Assembly (NCBI GenBank): GCA_036494815.1
Contig: DASXNV010000030.1
Location: forward strand, 44,858-108,857
DNA from: Caulobacteraceae bacterium
GTDB lineage: Bacteria > Pseudomonadota > Alphaproteobacteria > Caulobacterales > Caulobacteraceae
Direction: 5' to 3'
DNA: 64,000 nt
This document shows positions 19,958-30,093 of this stretch, one piece after another. The position numbers and the translations under genes are program-made. The notes beneath the pieces were generated by a model, which was not told where the DNA came from, did not search any database, and saw only the letters and a list, made by a program, of their open reading frames with translations. Each line of letters begins with the position of its first letter. The stretch's first letter is position 1.

Positions 19958-21027
19958 GCGCGGTCGGTGGCGAACAGCCTGGTCATGGGAACCACGCCCC
20001 TAGTCGCATCGGCGGCATGGCCTAGCGGGGTTGTGATCCCAAACACCTGCTCCAAGGTCAACAGCAGCGAATAGTGGCTGTAGGGCGTGTCGTCCCGCAC
20101 CCCGCGCGGGCCGTGATTGGTGATGACGATGGTCGGGATATGGCCGCCGCCATAGTTGGACGGCGCGCCCGGGGTAATTCCACAGCAGCCCTCGGTCGTG
20201 CCCTTGAGCCCCTCGTCGAAGGTGATGACGATGGCCACGTTCTGATGTGAGCGCCAGGCCGCCGTTTCCTGGATCGTCTTCACCAACGCCCCGGTATAGT
20301 CGTCGCCGCGGCGGATCAGAGCGGCCAGGTCGCGCATGTCGCAACCGGCCGGCGCACCCGCGCCCCACAGGCCGTGCATCTCGTTGCACTGATTGGGCAC
20401 GATCAGGGCGAAACTGGGCAGCAGGCCTGACTTCAGATCGGCGTCCAGCTGATCGAAGCCGACGATGTGCTGGGCGCGTTCCGGGTCCTTCTGCGCTGAG
20501 GCGAAATTCAGAAAGCCGGAATGCTTGGCGGCGTAGAGAGCGTAGCCCGGCCCGTCGCCCGGATGCTGCGGATCGCCGGCGTTGACCGCCAGTGAGCCCG
20601 GCGCGGGCAGGTTCTCGTAATAGCCCTTCCAGCTCAATCCCTGGGCCTGCAATTGGTCGCCCAGGTGCGGGGCGTGAACCGTATGATCGACATAACCAGG
20701 CTGGCGCGATCCCAGGCACTGCGGATCGACCTGTCCGGGGCGGCAATAGAAGGCGTCGTCGTCATGGATGCCAAAGGTGTCGCCACCGAGCAGGGCCACA
20801 TAGTTGGCCTCACTGGGATGCACCTCGCCAAAGAACTGGGTCGCCGTTCCATAGGTCTTGGCCAGGCCCGCGATATGCGGCGCCTTGGCCGGATCCAGGA
20901 TCAGCTCGTAGTCCTTGTTCTCCTCCATGATGACGAACACATGGTCATAGGGCGGCAGGGGCGGTGCGTGCGCGGCGCCAGCCAGCAGGAACAGGGCGGT
21001 GGCGGCAAGGAACGCGCGAGCAATCAT
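19942..21027 (-). CDS. Secreted phosphoesterase-family protein (AcpA / phospholipase C-like, PF04185-type)
   Basis: Signal peptide MIARAFLAATALFLLAGAAHA. HVFVIMEENKDYE and PNQCNEMHG motifs are present. Confidence 0.8.
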   Translation of the reverse strand: MIARAFLAATALFLLAGAAHAPPLPPYDHVFVIMEENKDYELILDPAKAPHIAGLAKTYGTATQFFGEVHPSEANYVALLGGDTFGIHDDDAFYCRPGQVDPQCLGSRQPGYVDHTVHAPHLGDQLQAQGLSWKGYYENLPAPGSLAVNAGDPQHPGDGPGYALYAAKHSGFLNFASAQKDPERAQHIVGFDQLDADLKSGLLPSFALIVPNQCNEMHGLWGAGAPAGCDMRDLAALIRRGDDYTGALVKTIQETAAWRSHQNVAIVITFDEGLKGTTEGCCGITPGAPSNYGGGHIPTIVITNHGPRGVRDDTPYSHYSLLLTLEQVFGITTPLGHAADATRGVVPMTRLFATDRAQPAG

Positions 21028-21033
21028 CAGGCG

Positions 21034-21561
21034 TCAGTGCCCGCCGAACGCGATCAGCGTCGAGACCGGCACGCCCAGGTCTCGCAGCCTGGCGGCGCCG
21101 CCGAGGTCGGGCAGGTCGATGACGAAGGCGGCGGCGACCACTTCGGCCCCGGCCTGGCGCAGCAGCTGAACCGCGGCGATGGCCGTGCCGCCGGTGGCGA
21201 TCAGGTCATCGACCAGTAACACCTTTTCGCCTGCGACCAGCGCATCCAGGTGCATCTCGATGGTGTCGATCCCGTATTCCAGGGCGTATTCCACACCGAT
21301 GGTCTTGTGCGGCAGCTTGCCCTTCTTGCGCAGGGGAATGAAGCCGGCCGACAGCTGGTGGGCCACAGCCCCGCCGAGGATGAAGCCGCGGGCCTCGATG
21401 CCGGCGACCTTGTCGATCTTGCGGCCGGCGATCGGCTGCACCAGTTCGTCCACGGTCCGGCGAAAGGCGCGGGCGTCGCCCAGAAGGGTGGTGATATCGC
21501 GGAACATGATGCCGGGCTTGGGATAGTCCGGAATGGTTCGTATGGCGTCCGCCAGGTTCAT
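21034..21561 (-). CDS. apt: Adenine phosphoribosyltransferase
   Basis: [21 protein letters not shown]... and the PRPP-binding loop [13 protein letters not shown]. Confidence 0.9.
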   Translation of the reverse strand: MNLADAIRTIPDYPKPGIMFRDITTLLGDARAFRRTVDELVQPIAGRKIDKVAGIEARGFILGGAVAHQLSAGFIPLRKKGKLPHKTIGVEYALEYGIDTIEMHLDALVAGEKVLLVDDLIATGGTAIAAVQLLRQAGAEVVAAAFVIDLPDLGGAARLRDLGVPVSTLIAFGGH

Positions 21562-21624
21562 CCGCGCGTCTCTCTTCCAAGTTCAAAACATCAGGCCAGG
21601 TTCAAAACAGCAGGCCGGTTCGGG

Positions 21625-22488
<864 letters not shown>

Positions 22489-22544
22489 CGCCGATCTCCT
22501 CAAAACTGTTCGCCGCCTTCCTAGCCCGGCCGGGACGGGTTGGC

Positions 22545-23474
22545 CTAGCTCAGTTTGATCTCGCGCAGGCGCTGCAGCAGAAAATCGCGGGCGGTGATCG
22601 GCGTAGGGTAGCGGTCGGGGCGATCCGGCGTGATGCACGACGACAGGGTCCGGATCAGATAGTCCGGCGCGAAGTGCAGGAAGAAAGGCGTGGAATAGCG
22701 GGAATAGCCCCGCCGCTCTGGCGCCGGATTGACCACCCGGTGCGAGGTCGACGGCAGGACGCCATTGGTCAGGCGCTGCAGCATGTCACCGATATTGACC
22801 ACCAGCGAGCCGGCCGGGGGATTGATCGCCAGCCAGCGGCCGTCGCGGTCTAAGACCTCCAGCCCAGCCTCTTCCGCGCCGAGAAGCAGGGTGATGGTGT
22901 TGATGTCCTCATGCGCTCCGGCGCGAACGCCGCCGGCCTGCGCCGGCACAGGCGGGTAGTGCAGCAGGCGCAGGATGCTGTCGCCGTCCTTGACCGTGGC
23001 GGCGAAGAAATCGTCGTCCAGCTTCAGGTAGCGGGCGATGGCGCGCAACAGACGCTGGCCGAGCGCTTCCAGGGCGTCGTAGAGCGCGGTGAGGTCGCGG
23101 CGGAAATCGGGGACCTCGGCGGGCCAGAGGTTTTCCCCGAACAGCGCGCCATAGGGATGGCCCTTAGGAAGCTCGCGCCCCACGTGCCAGAATTCTTTCA
23201 GGTCGTAGTGGTCAGCGCCCTTGGCCGTCTCGACGCCGAAGGGAGTATAGCCCCGCTGGCCCGATCCGCCCGGCACCACATAGGCCCGCTTGACCGCCTC
23301 GGGCAGGGCGAAGAAGGCGCGCGTATCGACCAGGGCCCTGCCGATGGTCTCGCCGGGGATGTCGCAATCGGCCACCACGGCGAAACCGTAGCGCTCGAAC
23401 GAGGCGCCGATGGCGTCGGCGAACGCGGCGAAATCGGTGTCGTAGGCCGACAGGGAGACAGGCGTGATGGACAA
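22545..23474 (-). CDS. 2-oxoglutarate/Fe(II)-dependent oxygenase (isopenicillin N synthase family)
   Basis: The H.D...H triad context is present (GAHEDINTITLL ... STSHRV), along with the DIOX_N-like N-terminus. Confidence 0.85.
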   Translation of the reverse strand: MSITPVSLSAYDTDFAAFADAIGASFERYGFAVVADCDIPGETIGRALVDTRAFFALPEAVKRAYVVPGGSGQRGYTPFGVETAKGADHYDLKEFWHVGRELPKGHPYGALFGENLWPAEVPDFRRDLTALYDALEALGQRLLRAIARYLKLDDDFFAATVKDGDSILRLLHYPPVPAQAGGVRAGAHEDINTITLLLGAEEAGLEVLDRDGRWLAINPPAGSLVVNIGDMLQRLTNGVLPSTSHRVVNPAPERRGYSRYSTPFFLHFAPDYLIRTLSSCITPDRPDRYPTPITARDFLLQRLREIKLS

Positions 23475-23657
23475 GACGAACCCGGGTGACGAACGGTGCG
23501 AGCAGGCTGGTTAGCGCACCTGCGCCCCGAACTGAAGATCGAACTGGCATCGCCGTTGAACCATAGGCCGCGTAAGGTGTTTCGCCTTCAGGTCCGGCGA
23601 AGTCACGCGGCGGATGCGCCGTCTCGTCGTCCTCGCTGAAAAAGAAGGAAGACGACC

Positions 23658-24095
23658 ATGCGATCTCTCTTGGTTTCGGCCGCGATGCTGGCGACCATCG
23701 CCGGCGCGGCCATGGCCCAGTCGACGGCGAGCGATCCCGCCGCTCAGACACAGCCAATCGGCCAGGCGCCGGCCGCCTCTGGTCCAGTCAATCCGGCCCC
23801 TTCCACCGCGCCTGATACTTCAAGCCAAGGTTCGATGGGTCAGGGTTCGATGGGTCAGGGCTCGATGAGCCAGGGTTCGATGGGAACAACCGCCCCCGCG
23901 CCCGGCGACACCACGACTGGCGCGACCACCGCGCCCAACGCTAACGCTGCGGCCGCCGACACCAGCGCCCAATCGGGCGCCCAGGCCGCCGCCCCGGCCA
24001 GCGCAGCAGAAGCAGCTCAGGCCTCTACCGACTATCCGGTGTGCAAGACCCGCGCGCAGGACCATTGCCGCGTGCGCAAGCACGGCGCTCGCTAA
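23658..24095 (+). CDS. Secreted low-complexity protein with (QGSMG)4 repeats and a C-terminal YPVC...HC motif
   Basis: GAAGGAAGA RBS. Signal peptide MRSLLVSAAMLATIAGAAMAQ. Ala/Pro/Thr/Ser-rich. Two Cys residues near the C-terminus. Confidence 0.6.
   Translation: MRSLLVSAAMLATIAGAAMAQSTASDPAAQTQPIGQAPAASGPVNPAPSTAPDTSSQGSMGQGSMGQGSMSQGSMGTTAPAPGDTTTGATTAPNANAAAADTSAQSGAQAAAPASAAEAAQASTDYPVCKTRAQDHCRVRKHGAR
23826..23885 (+). repeat. Four tandem 15-nt units (caGGgTCGATGgGt-like) encoding QGSMG QGSMG QGSMS QGSMG
   Basis: Read directly from the sequence. In frame with the CDS at 23658-24095. Confidence 0.9.
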
Positions 24096-25519
24096 GCTAA
24101 GGCCCAGGCCGAGCCCGCGACGCGGATCGCCTCGATCTTGGCCTCGAACGCAGTCCAGTCGTCGTGATCCGCGATCGGCGCCCACAGGGCTTCGATCGCG
24201 TCGTAAAGCAGCTCTTCCGGATCGGGGCGGCCAAAATAGGCCTGGGCGAGACGTTCCGGCCGTTCGGCCTCGAACCCCGCCAGCTGGCGGCGAAACTCCG
24301 TAAAGGCCTCGTCGGCATAGAGAGCCGCGCGCGGACCGGCCAGCGCGCGGCTTTCTGAAACCTGCCCGCCGAACCAATCGAAAAAGAACGGCTCCCAACG
24401 CAGCGCCTCGCCGCCCGAGGCCAGGGCGCGAAAAGCGGTGTTGACCAGGTCCACATCCTCCTCCGCCGAGCGGCTCTTGAGCCCCAGGCGGTTCAGCATG
24501 GCCTCGGCCAATTGCCGGCGGTAGGCGGCGGAAAAGCCCTGCAGCGCCTCGACTAGCGCCTGGCGCTCAGCGACCAGAGACAGGCAGGCGGCCAGCTGCT
24601 GCAGGTTCCAGAACACCGCCTCGGGCTGGCGGCCGAAACTGTAGAGCCCGGTCTGGTCGAAATAGGCGGCGACGAAATTGGGGTCGTTGCGTGGGAGGAA
24701 CCGAAAGGGGCCGTAGTCGAAGCTCTCGCCGGTGATATTGAGATTGTCGGTGTTCAGCACCCCATGCACGAACCCGGCGGCCATCCAGCGCGCCACAAGA
24801 TGGGCGGATGAAGCGATCGCCGCCCGCAGCAGCCCGACGGCGCGGGCGCCGCCCTCCACGGCCAGCAGCTCTGGGTAGTAGGCCTGGGCTGAATGATCGA
24901 CCAGGCGCTGGATGTTGTCAGCCCGGTCCTCGAAGGCGTGGCGCTGGAAGGTCCCGAACCGCACGTGGCTGTACGACAGCCGGGTCAGCACCGCCGAGCG
25001 CGTGGGGCTGGGCTCGTCGCCGCGCTGCAGATCCTCGCCGGTCTCGATCAGCGAAAGGGCCCTGCTGGTGGGCACGCCTAGAGCCTGCAGCATCTCGGCC
25101 GCCAGCACCTCGCGCACCCCGCCCTTCAAGGTCAGCCGTCCGTCGCCGCCACGCGACCAAGGCGTGCGGCCTGAGCCCTTGGCGGCCAGGTCCAACAGCC
25201 GCCCGGATCGCGCCTCCCGTAGTTGGGCGAACAGGAACCCACGCCCGTCGCCCAGGTCGGGATTGTAGGAACGGAACTGGTGGCCGTGATAGCGCATGGC
25301 GAGCGGCTGGGGCTGGTTGTCCAGCAGTGGCTCGAAGCGCGCAAAATGGGCCAGCCATTCTGCGTCGGTCAATTCGCCAAGGCCGATAGTGGCCGCCGCC
25401 CGGTCATTGCGAAAACGCAGGTCGGCGCGGGGGAAATCCGCCGGCTCGACCGGGTCTGCGAATTCCTCGCCCAGGCGCATGAACTGGGGATCGGGACGGT
25501 AGGCGCTGGAGATGGGCAT
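24092..25519 (-). CDS. selO: Protein adenylyltransferase (AMPylase) SelO/YdiU
   Basis: Start at MPISSAYRP. YHGHQFRSYNPDLGDGRG, GVLNTDNLNITGESFDYGPF and the overall ~475 aa length match SelO. Confidence 0.9.
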   Translation of the reverse strand: MPISSAYRPDPQFMRLGEEFADPVEPADFPRADLRFRNDRAAATIGLGELTDAEWLAHFARFEPLLDNQPQPLAMRYHGHQFRSYNPDLGDGRGFLFAQLREARSGRLLDLAAKGSGRTPWSRGGDGRLTLKGGVREVLAAEMLQALGVPTSRALSLIETGEDLQRGDEPSPTRSAVLTRLSYSHVRFGTFQRHAFEDRADNIQRLVDHSAQAYYPELLAVEGGARAVGLLRAAIASSAHLVARWMAAGFVHGVLNTDNLNITGESFDYGPFRFLPRNDPNFVAAYFDQTGLYSFGRQPEAVFWNLQQLAACLSLVAERQALVEALQGFSAAYRRQLAEAMLNRLGLKSRSAEEDVDLVNTAFRALASGGEALRWEPFFFDWFGGQVSESRALAGPRAALYADEAFTEFRRQLAGFEAERPERLAQAYFGRPDPEELLYDAIEALWAPIADHDDWTAFEAKIEAIRVAGSAWALA

Positions 25520-25590
25520 AAGCGCCTGATGAGGCGTCGCACGCGCCTTGGCAAGCACCGACCGGAAGGCGTTTGTCCTGGGGCCGACCC

Positions 25591-26832
25591 ATGCTAACCG
25601 CTGGAGGCGATCTGGACCTCAAGCGAGTCCCCTTGGCCCTGCGTCCGACCCTGGAATTTCTGAAGACCGAGGCCGGTGGCGGCGCGGCCTTGGCCCTGGC
25701 TGCGGTGGTTGGCTTCGTCCTGGCCAATTCGCCCTGGGCGCATGCCTATTTCAACCTCATCGACGCCGATTTCACCATCCAGCTTGGCGGCTTTTCCGAG
25801 ACCCTGACCATCCAGGCCTGGATCAAGGACGGCTTGATGGCCGTGTTCTTTTTCGTCGTCGGCCTGGAGATCAAGCAGGAGGTGCTGAAGGGCGAGCTTT
25901 CCAGCCCGCGCAAACTGGCCCTGCCGGTGGCCGCGGCGGCGGGCGGAATGCTGGTCCCGTCCCTGTTCTATCTGGCCTTCAACCTGGGTCCCGGCGGCGC
26001 GCCTCACGGTTGGCCGATCCCCACCGCCACCGACATCGCCTTCGCCCTCGCCGCCCTGGCCTTGGTGGGCAAGGGCCTGCCGCAATCCTTGCGCATCTTT
26101 CTGCTGGCCATGGCTATCGCCGACGACCTGGGAGCCGTGGCCCTGATCGCGGCCCTGTTCACCAGCCAGATCCATACCTGGCCCCTGGCCGGCGCCGGGG
26201 TGACCCTGATCGGCCTGGTGGCGCTGTCGGAGTGGAAGGATGCGCCCTTCCTGCTACGCGCGGTGGGGTTCCTGGTCTTGGGGGCTTTCACCCTCAAATC
26301 GGGGGTCAACACGTCGCTGGCCGGCGTGGCGGCGGCGCTGACCGTGCCCATCGGCCCGCGTCGGCCCGGTCAAGAGGCGGTGCTGGAGCACTTCATGCGC
26401 AGCCTGCATCCCTACGTGGCCTACGGTATCCTGCCCTTGTTCGCCCTGACCACCGCCGGCGTATCCCTGGCCCGGGTCACCCCGAGCGACATGCTGGGCC
26501 CCGTTCCCCTGGGCATCGCCGCCGCCCTGTTGCTGGGAAAACAAGCCGGGGTGATGGCCGCGGTGTGGATCGCCATCCGCAGCGGCCTGGCGCGCCGGCC
26601 CACCGGGGCGACCTGGATGGAGCTCTATGGCGTCGCCGTGCTGTGCGGCGTGGGCTTTACGCTCAGCCTGTTCCTGGCCGCCCTGGCTTTTCCGGGTGAC
26701 GGCTCCAGAGGCTCCGCGGCGACCCTGGGCGTGGTGGCCGGATCCTTGCTGTCGGCGGGTCTGGGCGCCCTCGTGCTGGCCATCGCCGCAGAGCGTCGTC
26801 GGCGGTTGCGGGTAGAGGATGAGGAGGGCTAG
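25591..26832 (+). CDS. nhaA: Na+/H+ antiporter NhaA
   Basis: IKDGLMAVFFFVVGLEIK.E...GEL and ATDIAFALA motifs. ATG at 25591 preferred over the upstream TTG at 25573. Confidence 0.88.
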   Translation: MLTAGGDLDLKRVPLALRPTLEFLKTEAGGGAALALAAVVGFVLANSPWAHAYFNLIDADFTIQLGGFSETLTIQAWIKDGLMAVFFFVVGLEIKQEVLKGELSSPRKLALPVAAAAGGMLVPSLFYLAFNLGPGGAPHGWPIPTATDIAFALAALALVGKGLPQSLRIFLLAMAIADDLGAVALIAALFTSQIHTWPLAGAGVTLIGLVALSEWKDAPFLLRAVGFLVLGAFTLKSGVNTSLAGVAAALTVPIGPRRPGQEAVLEHFMRSLHPYVAYGILPLFALTTAGVSLARVTPSDMLGPVPLGIAAALLLGKQAGVMAAVWIAIRSGLARRPTGATWMELYGVAVLCGVGFTLSLFLAALAFPGDGSRGSAATLGVVAGSLLSAGLGALVLAIAAERRRRLRVEDEEG

Positions 26833-26836
26833 GGGC

Positions 26837-27760
26837 TTAAGAAAGCCCCGCCTTCAAGATCGCGGCCGTCTGCTCGATCACGGGGGGCACCGCGGACGAG
26901 ACCCCGGCCATATTGTAGAAGCCGTGGATGAAGTGGGCGTATTCGCGGTGTTCCACGGCGACCCCGGCCGCCTTCAATTTCTCGGCATAGGCCCGGCCTT
27001 CGTCCTTCAAGGGGTCGAAGCCGGCGGTGGCGACAAAGGCCGGCGGCAACCCCGCCAGGGACGGGTGCAACAGCACGCTGGCCTGGGGATGAGCCGCATC
27101 GCCATCGCCGAACAGGCAGGCGGTGAACCAGTCCATGCCCTTCTTGGTCAGGAAATAGCCGTCGGCCAGCTTGCGCATGGACTCGGTCTCGCCGGTGAAC
27201 TGGACCACCGGATAGAGCAGCAGTTGGAAGACCAGCTTGTAGCGGCCCTGGTCGCGCAGGGTGATAGCAGTGGAAGCGGCCAGGTTGCCCCCGGCCGAAT
27301 CCCCGCCCACCGCCACATGGGCGGGGTCGAAGCCGATTTCGGCGGCGTGTTCGAACACCCAGTTGGCGGCGCAGGCGGCGTCCTCATGGGCGGCCGGGAA
27401 CTTGGCCTCCGGGGCCAGGCGATAGTCCACCGCCAGGATGCGCACGCCCGAGGCCTGGGCCAGCCGCCGACAGAGGCCGTCGTGGGTCTCCAGGTCGCCG
27501 ATCACAAAACCGCCGCCGTGATAGAAGATCAGGCCCGGCCCCGACGCCGGCGCTCCCTTAGGCGTATAGAGCCGCGCGCCGATCGGTCCGGCGCCCCCGG
27601 CGACCTGCAGATCGCGCACCTGGCCATCGAAGATCACCTCGCCATCGGTGCGCAGGCTGCGGTAGATGGCCCGACCCACATCGACCGGCAGGGTCTCCAA
27701 TGAGGGCGTCGCCGCGGCGCGAGCGGCGTCGAGCATGGCCTTGAACTGGGCGTCGAGCAT
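26837..27760 (-). CDS. Alpha/beta hydrolase, hormone-sensitive-lipase-type esterase
   Basis: Oxyanion-hole motif HGGGF and nucleophile elbow GDSAGGNL. Start at MLDAQFKAML. Confidence 0.85.
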   Translation of the reverse strand: MLDAQFKAMLDAARAAATPSLETLPVDVGRAIYRSLRTDGEVIFDGQVRDLQVAGGAGPIGARLYTPKGAPASGPGLIFYHGGGFVIGDLETHDGLCRRLAQASGVRILAVDYRLAPEAKFPAAHEDAACAANWVFEHAAEIGFDPAHVAVGGDSAGGNLAASTAITLRDQGRYKLVFQLLLYPVVQFTGETESMRKLADGYFLTKKGMDWFTACLFGDGDAAHPQASVLLHPSLAGLPPAFVATAGFDPLKDEGRAYAEKLKAAGVAVEHREYAHFIHGFYNMAGVSSAVPPVIEQTAAILKAGLS

Positions 27761-27802
27761 CCACGGCCCTCCCGTCGCTTTTTTTTGGTGAGCAGATAAG
27801 GA

Positions 27803-27832
27803 AAGGGCCGGCGGATCGCTCCGCCGGCCCTT
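27803..27832 (-). terminator. Hairpin (aagggccggcgg / ccgccggccctt) downstream of the aldehyde dehydrogenase gene
   Basis: 12-bp GC-rich stem, 9 nt after the stop codon. On the minus strand it is followed by TTTCCTTA. Confidence 0.55.
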
Positions 27833-27840
27833 GGCCCTGA

Positions 27841-29277
27841 CTATTCGGCCGCCTGGACGCTGTAGCCCAGTACCGCCTTGGTTTCGAGGAACTCGGCGAA
27901 GGCGTGATCGCCCCATTCGCGGCCATTGCCCGACATCTTGTAACCGCCGAAGGGGGCCATCATGTCCCCGCCGGCGCCGTTGATGCTGACCTGACCCGCG
28001 CGCAGCTGCGAAGCCACCGCCCGGATCTTGGCCTGATCGGTGCCCGAGATATAGGCGGCCAGGCCGTACTCGGTGTCGTTGCCGACCCGAACCGCCTCTT
28101 CCACCGTCTCATAGCCGAGGATCGCCACCACCGGGCCAAAGATCTCTTCCTTGGCGATGGTCATCTCGTTGTTGACGTTGGCGAACACGGTCGGCTTGAC
28201 GAAATAGCCCTTGTCCAGGCCTTCCGGACGGCCGACGCCGCCGGTGACCAGGGTGGCGCCCTCGTCGATGCCCTTTTGGATCAGGGTCTGGATCTTGTTG
28301 AACTGGACCTCGGACACCACCGGACCCATTTGCGAATTGCCGTTCGGATCGCCGACGGTGATGCCTTCCGCCGTCGCCTTGGCGATGGCGATGGCCTCGT
28401 CCATCTTCTTGGACGGGACCAGCATGCGGGTCGGAGCGTTGCAGGACTGACCGGAGTTCTGCATCACGTGCATGACGCCGCCGCCGACCGCCTTCTTCAT
28501 GTCGGCGTCTTCCAGGATGATGTTCGGGCTCTTGCCGCCCAGTTCCTGCGCCACGCGCTTGACGGTGGGGGCCGCGGCCTTGGCCACTTCGATGCCGGCG
28601 CGGGTCGAGCCGGTGAAGGAGACCATGTCGATTTCCGGGTGCGAACTGATCGCCGCGCCGACGATCGGCCCGTCGCCGTTGACCATGTTGTAGACGCCGG
28701 CGGGAACGCCGGCGGCATGCAGGATCTCGGAGAAGATGTAGCCCGAGAACGGCGCCACTTCCGACGGTTTGATGACGATGGTGCAGCCGGTGGCCAGCGC
28801 CGGGGCGACCTTGCAGACGATCTGGTTGATCGGCCAGTTCCAGGGGGTGATGAAGCCGCAGACGCCGATCGGTTCCTTGACGATCCGGGTGGGGCCGCGA
28901 TCTTCCTCGAACTTGTAGGTCTTGAGAACCTCGATGGCGGTCTGCAGGTGGCCGATGCCGATGGCGGCCTGGGCGCGTTGCGACAGCGAGGCGGGCGCGC
29001 CCATTTCCTCGGTGATGGCCTGGGCCAGGTCGCCGTAGCGCTTTTGATATTCAGCGATGATGCGCTGCAAGAGGTCCAGGCGCTCTTCGCGGCTGACCAG
29101 AGACCAGGTGGCGAAGGCCTTGCGGGCGGCCTTGGCGGCCTTGTCCACATCCGCGGCCGAACCCATGGAGATATGGCCGGCGACGCCCTCGGTGGCGGGA
29201 TTGATCACGTCGAGGGACTTGGGGGTGACCGGATCAACCCATTGTCCGTCGATATAGAACTTCATGTACTCGCGCAT
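27841..29277 (-). CDS. NAD(P)-dependent aldehyde dehydrogenase
   Basis: ELGGKSPNII (catalytic Glu region) and NSGQSCNAPTR (catalytic Cys). ATG at 29277 sits 5 nt after GAGGAGGA. Confidence 0.9.
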   Translation of the reverse strand: MREYMKFYIDGQWVDPVTPKSLDVINPATEGVAGHISMGSAADVDKAAKAARKAFATWSLVSREERLDLLQRIIAEYQKRYGDLAQAITEEMGAPASLSQRAQAAIGIGHLQTAIEVLKTYKFEEDRGPTRIVKEPIGVCGFITPWNWPINQIVCKVAPALATGCTIVIKPSEVAPFSGYIFSEILHAAGVPAGVYNMVNGDGPIVGAAISSHPEIDMVSFTGSTRAGIEVAKAAAPTVKRVAQELGGKSPNIILEDADMKKAVGGGVMHVMQNSGQSCNAPTRMLVPSKKMDEAIAIAKATAEGITVGDPNGNSQMGPVVSEVQFNKIQTLIQKGIDEGATLVTGGVGRPEGLDKGYFVKPTVFANVNNEMTIAKEEIFGPVVAILGYETVEEAVRVGNDTEYGLAAYISGTDQAKIRAVASQLRAGQVSINGAGGDMMAPFGGYKMSGNGREWGDHAFAEFLETKAVLGYSVQAAE

Positions 29278-29406
29278 CGCGTCCTCCTCGAACTTTCCAC
29301 CGGGGCCCCCGCCCCCGAGGGGAATGGGCCTTCTTCCGGGCCAATATGAGTGATCGGCGTTCACGGGAAAAGGGGGGCCTTACGCTTTAAGGCCTTGAGG
29401 GCGGCC

Positions 29407-29892
29407 TCACCATCGCAAATCGACCTCGGTTCCCTGCAACACCTCGGCGATACGGCGAAGGGTGGAGGCGGTGGTCTCTTCCGGCAGGGCGTCCAGGGCG
29501 AACCAGCCCAGCGCCTTGATCTCGCCGCGCGAGGTCGCCGGACAGGGCCGCCAATGGTCGATGCGATAGAGCAGCACGTGGTCGCCGCGGAACCGGCCTT
29601 GGTTGGCGTGGATGGAGACCAGTCGCGGCGGGGCCGTGATCTCGACCCCGGCCTCCTCCACCAGCTCGCGCGCCAGGGACTCTTCGGTGGTCTCGCCATG
29701 CTCGACCCCGCCGCCGGGCATGTACCAGCCGGGCATATAGGTGTGCTCGATCAGCAGCACCCGCCCCTCGGCGTCGGTGACCAGGCCGCGCACCCCAAGC
29801 GTCATGCCGCGGGTGTGGCGGGCGTGGGCGTGGAACAGGGGGCGGATCAGCGGCTGCAGCAGGCTGCGCAAAGACAAGCGTGGGGCGGGCAT
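29407..29892 (-). CDS. NUDIX hydrolase
   Basis: Nudix box GGGVEHGETTEESLARELVEEAGV. Confidence 0.8.
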   Translation of the reverse strand: MPAPRLSLRSLLQPLIRPLFHAHARHTRGMTLGVRGLVTDAEGRVLLIEHTYMPGWYMPGGGVEHGETTEESLARELVEEAGVEITAPPRLVSIHANQGRFRGDHVLLYRIDHWRPCPATSRGEIKALGWFALDALPEETTASTLRRIAEVLQGTEVDLRW

Positions 29893-29995
29893 AGGCCCAG
29901 GCTACAGGAGCTCGGCCTTGCGGTCAGCCGCCCGTCTCGCTAAAGCCCAACTCATCGCTTTCAGAAGTCATCCTTTTCAGATCAGGGGCCCCGCC

Positions 29996-30076
29996 ATGCT
30001 CGCCATCGGTATGATCGCCGCTTTCATCCTCGTCATATTGGGCTTGAACTTCCTCGAGTTCGGCCGCGGCGATTGA
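29996..30076 (+). CDS. Candidate 26-aa single-TM micro-ORF (MLAIGMIAAFILVILGLNFLEFGRGD)
   Basis: Not listed separately in the track (it lies inside a longer spurious ORF). ATG start, strongly G/C-biased third positions, one hydrophobic helix. It ends 17 nt before the SDR gene. Only a weak RBS (AGGGG). Confidence 0.3.
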   Translation: MLAIGMIAAFILVILGLNFLEFGRGD

Positions 30077-30093
30077 TCTAGGCGGACCGCGCC

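Noticed and set aside
23826-23885. The tandem repeats considered as a CRISPR-like or non-coding VNTR array.
   Set aside because: The units are only 15 nt, there are no spacers, and they lie in frame inside a CDS. This is a coding repeat, not a CRISPR array.
27904-29349. A 481-aa plus-strand ORF antisense to the aldehyde dehydrogenase gene.
   Set aside because: Shadow ORF. The minus-strand frame has the canonical ALDH catalytic motifs.
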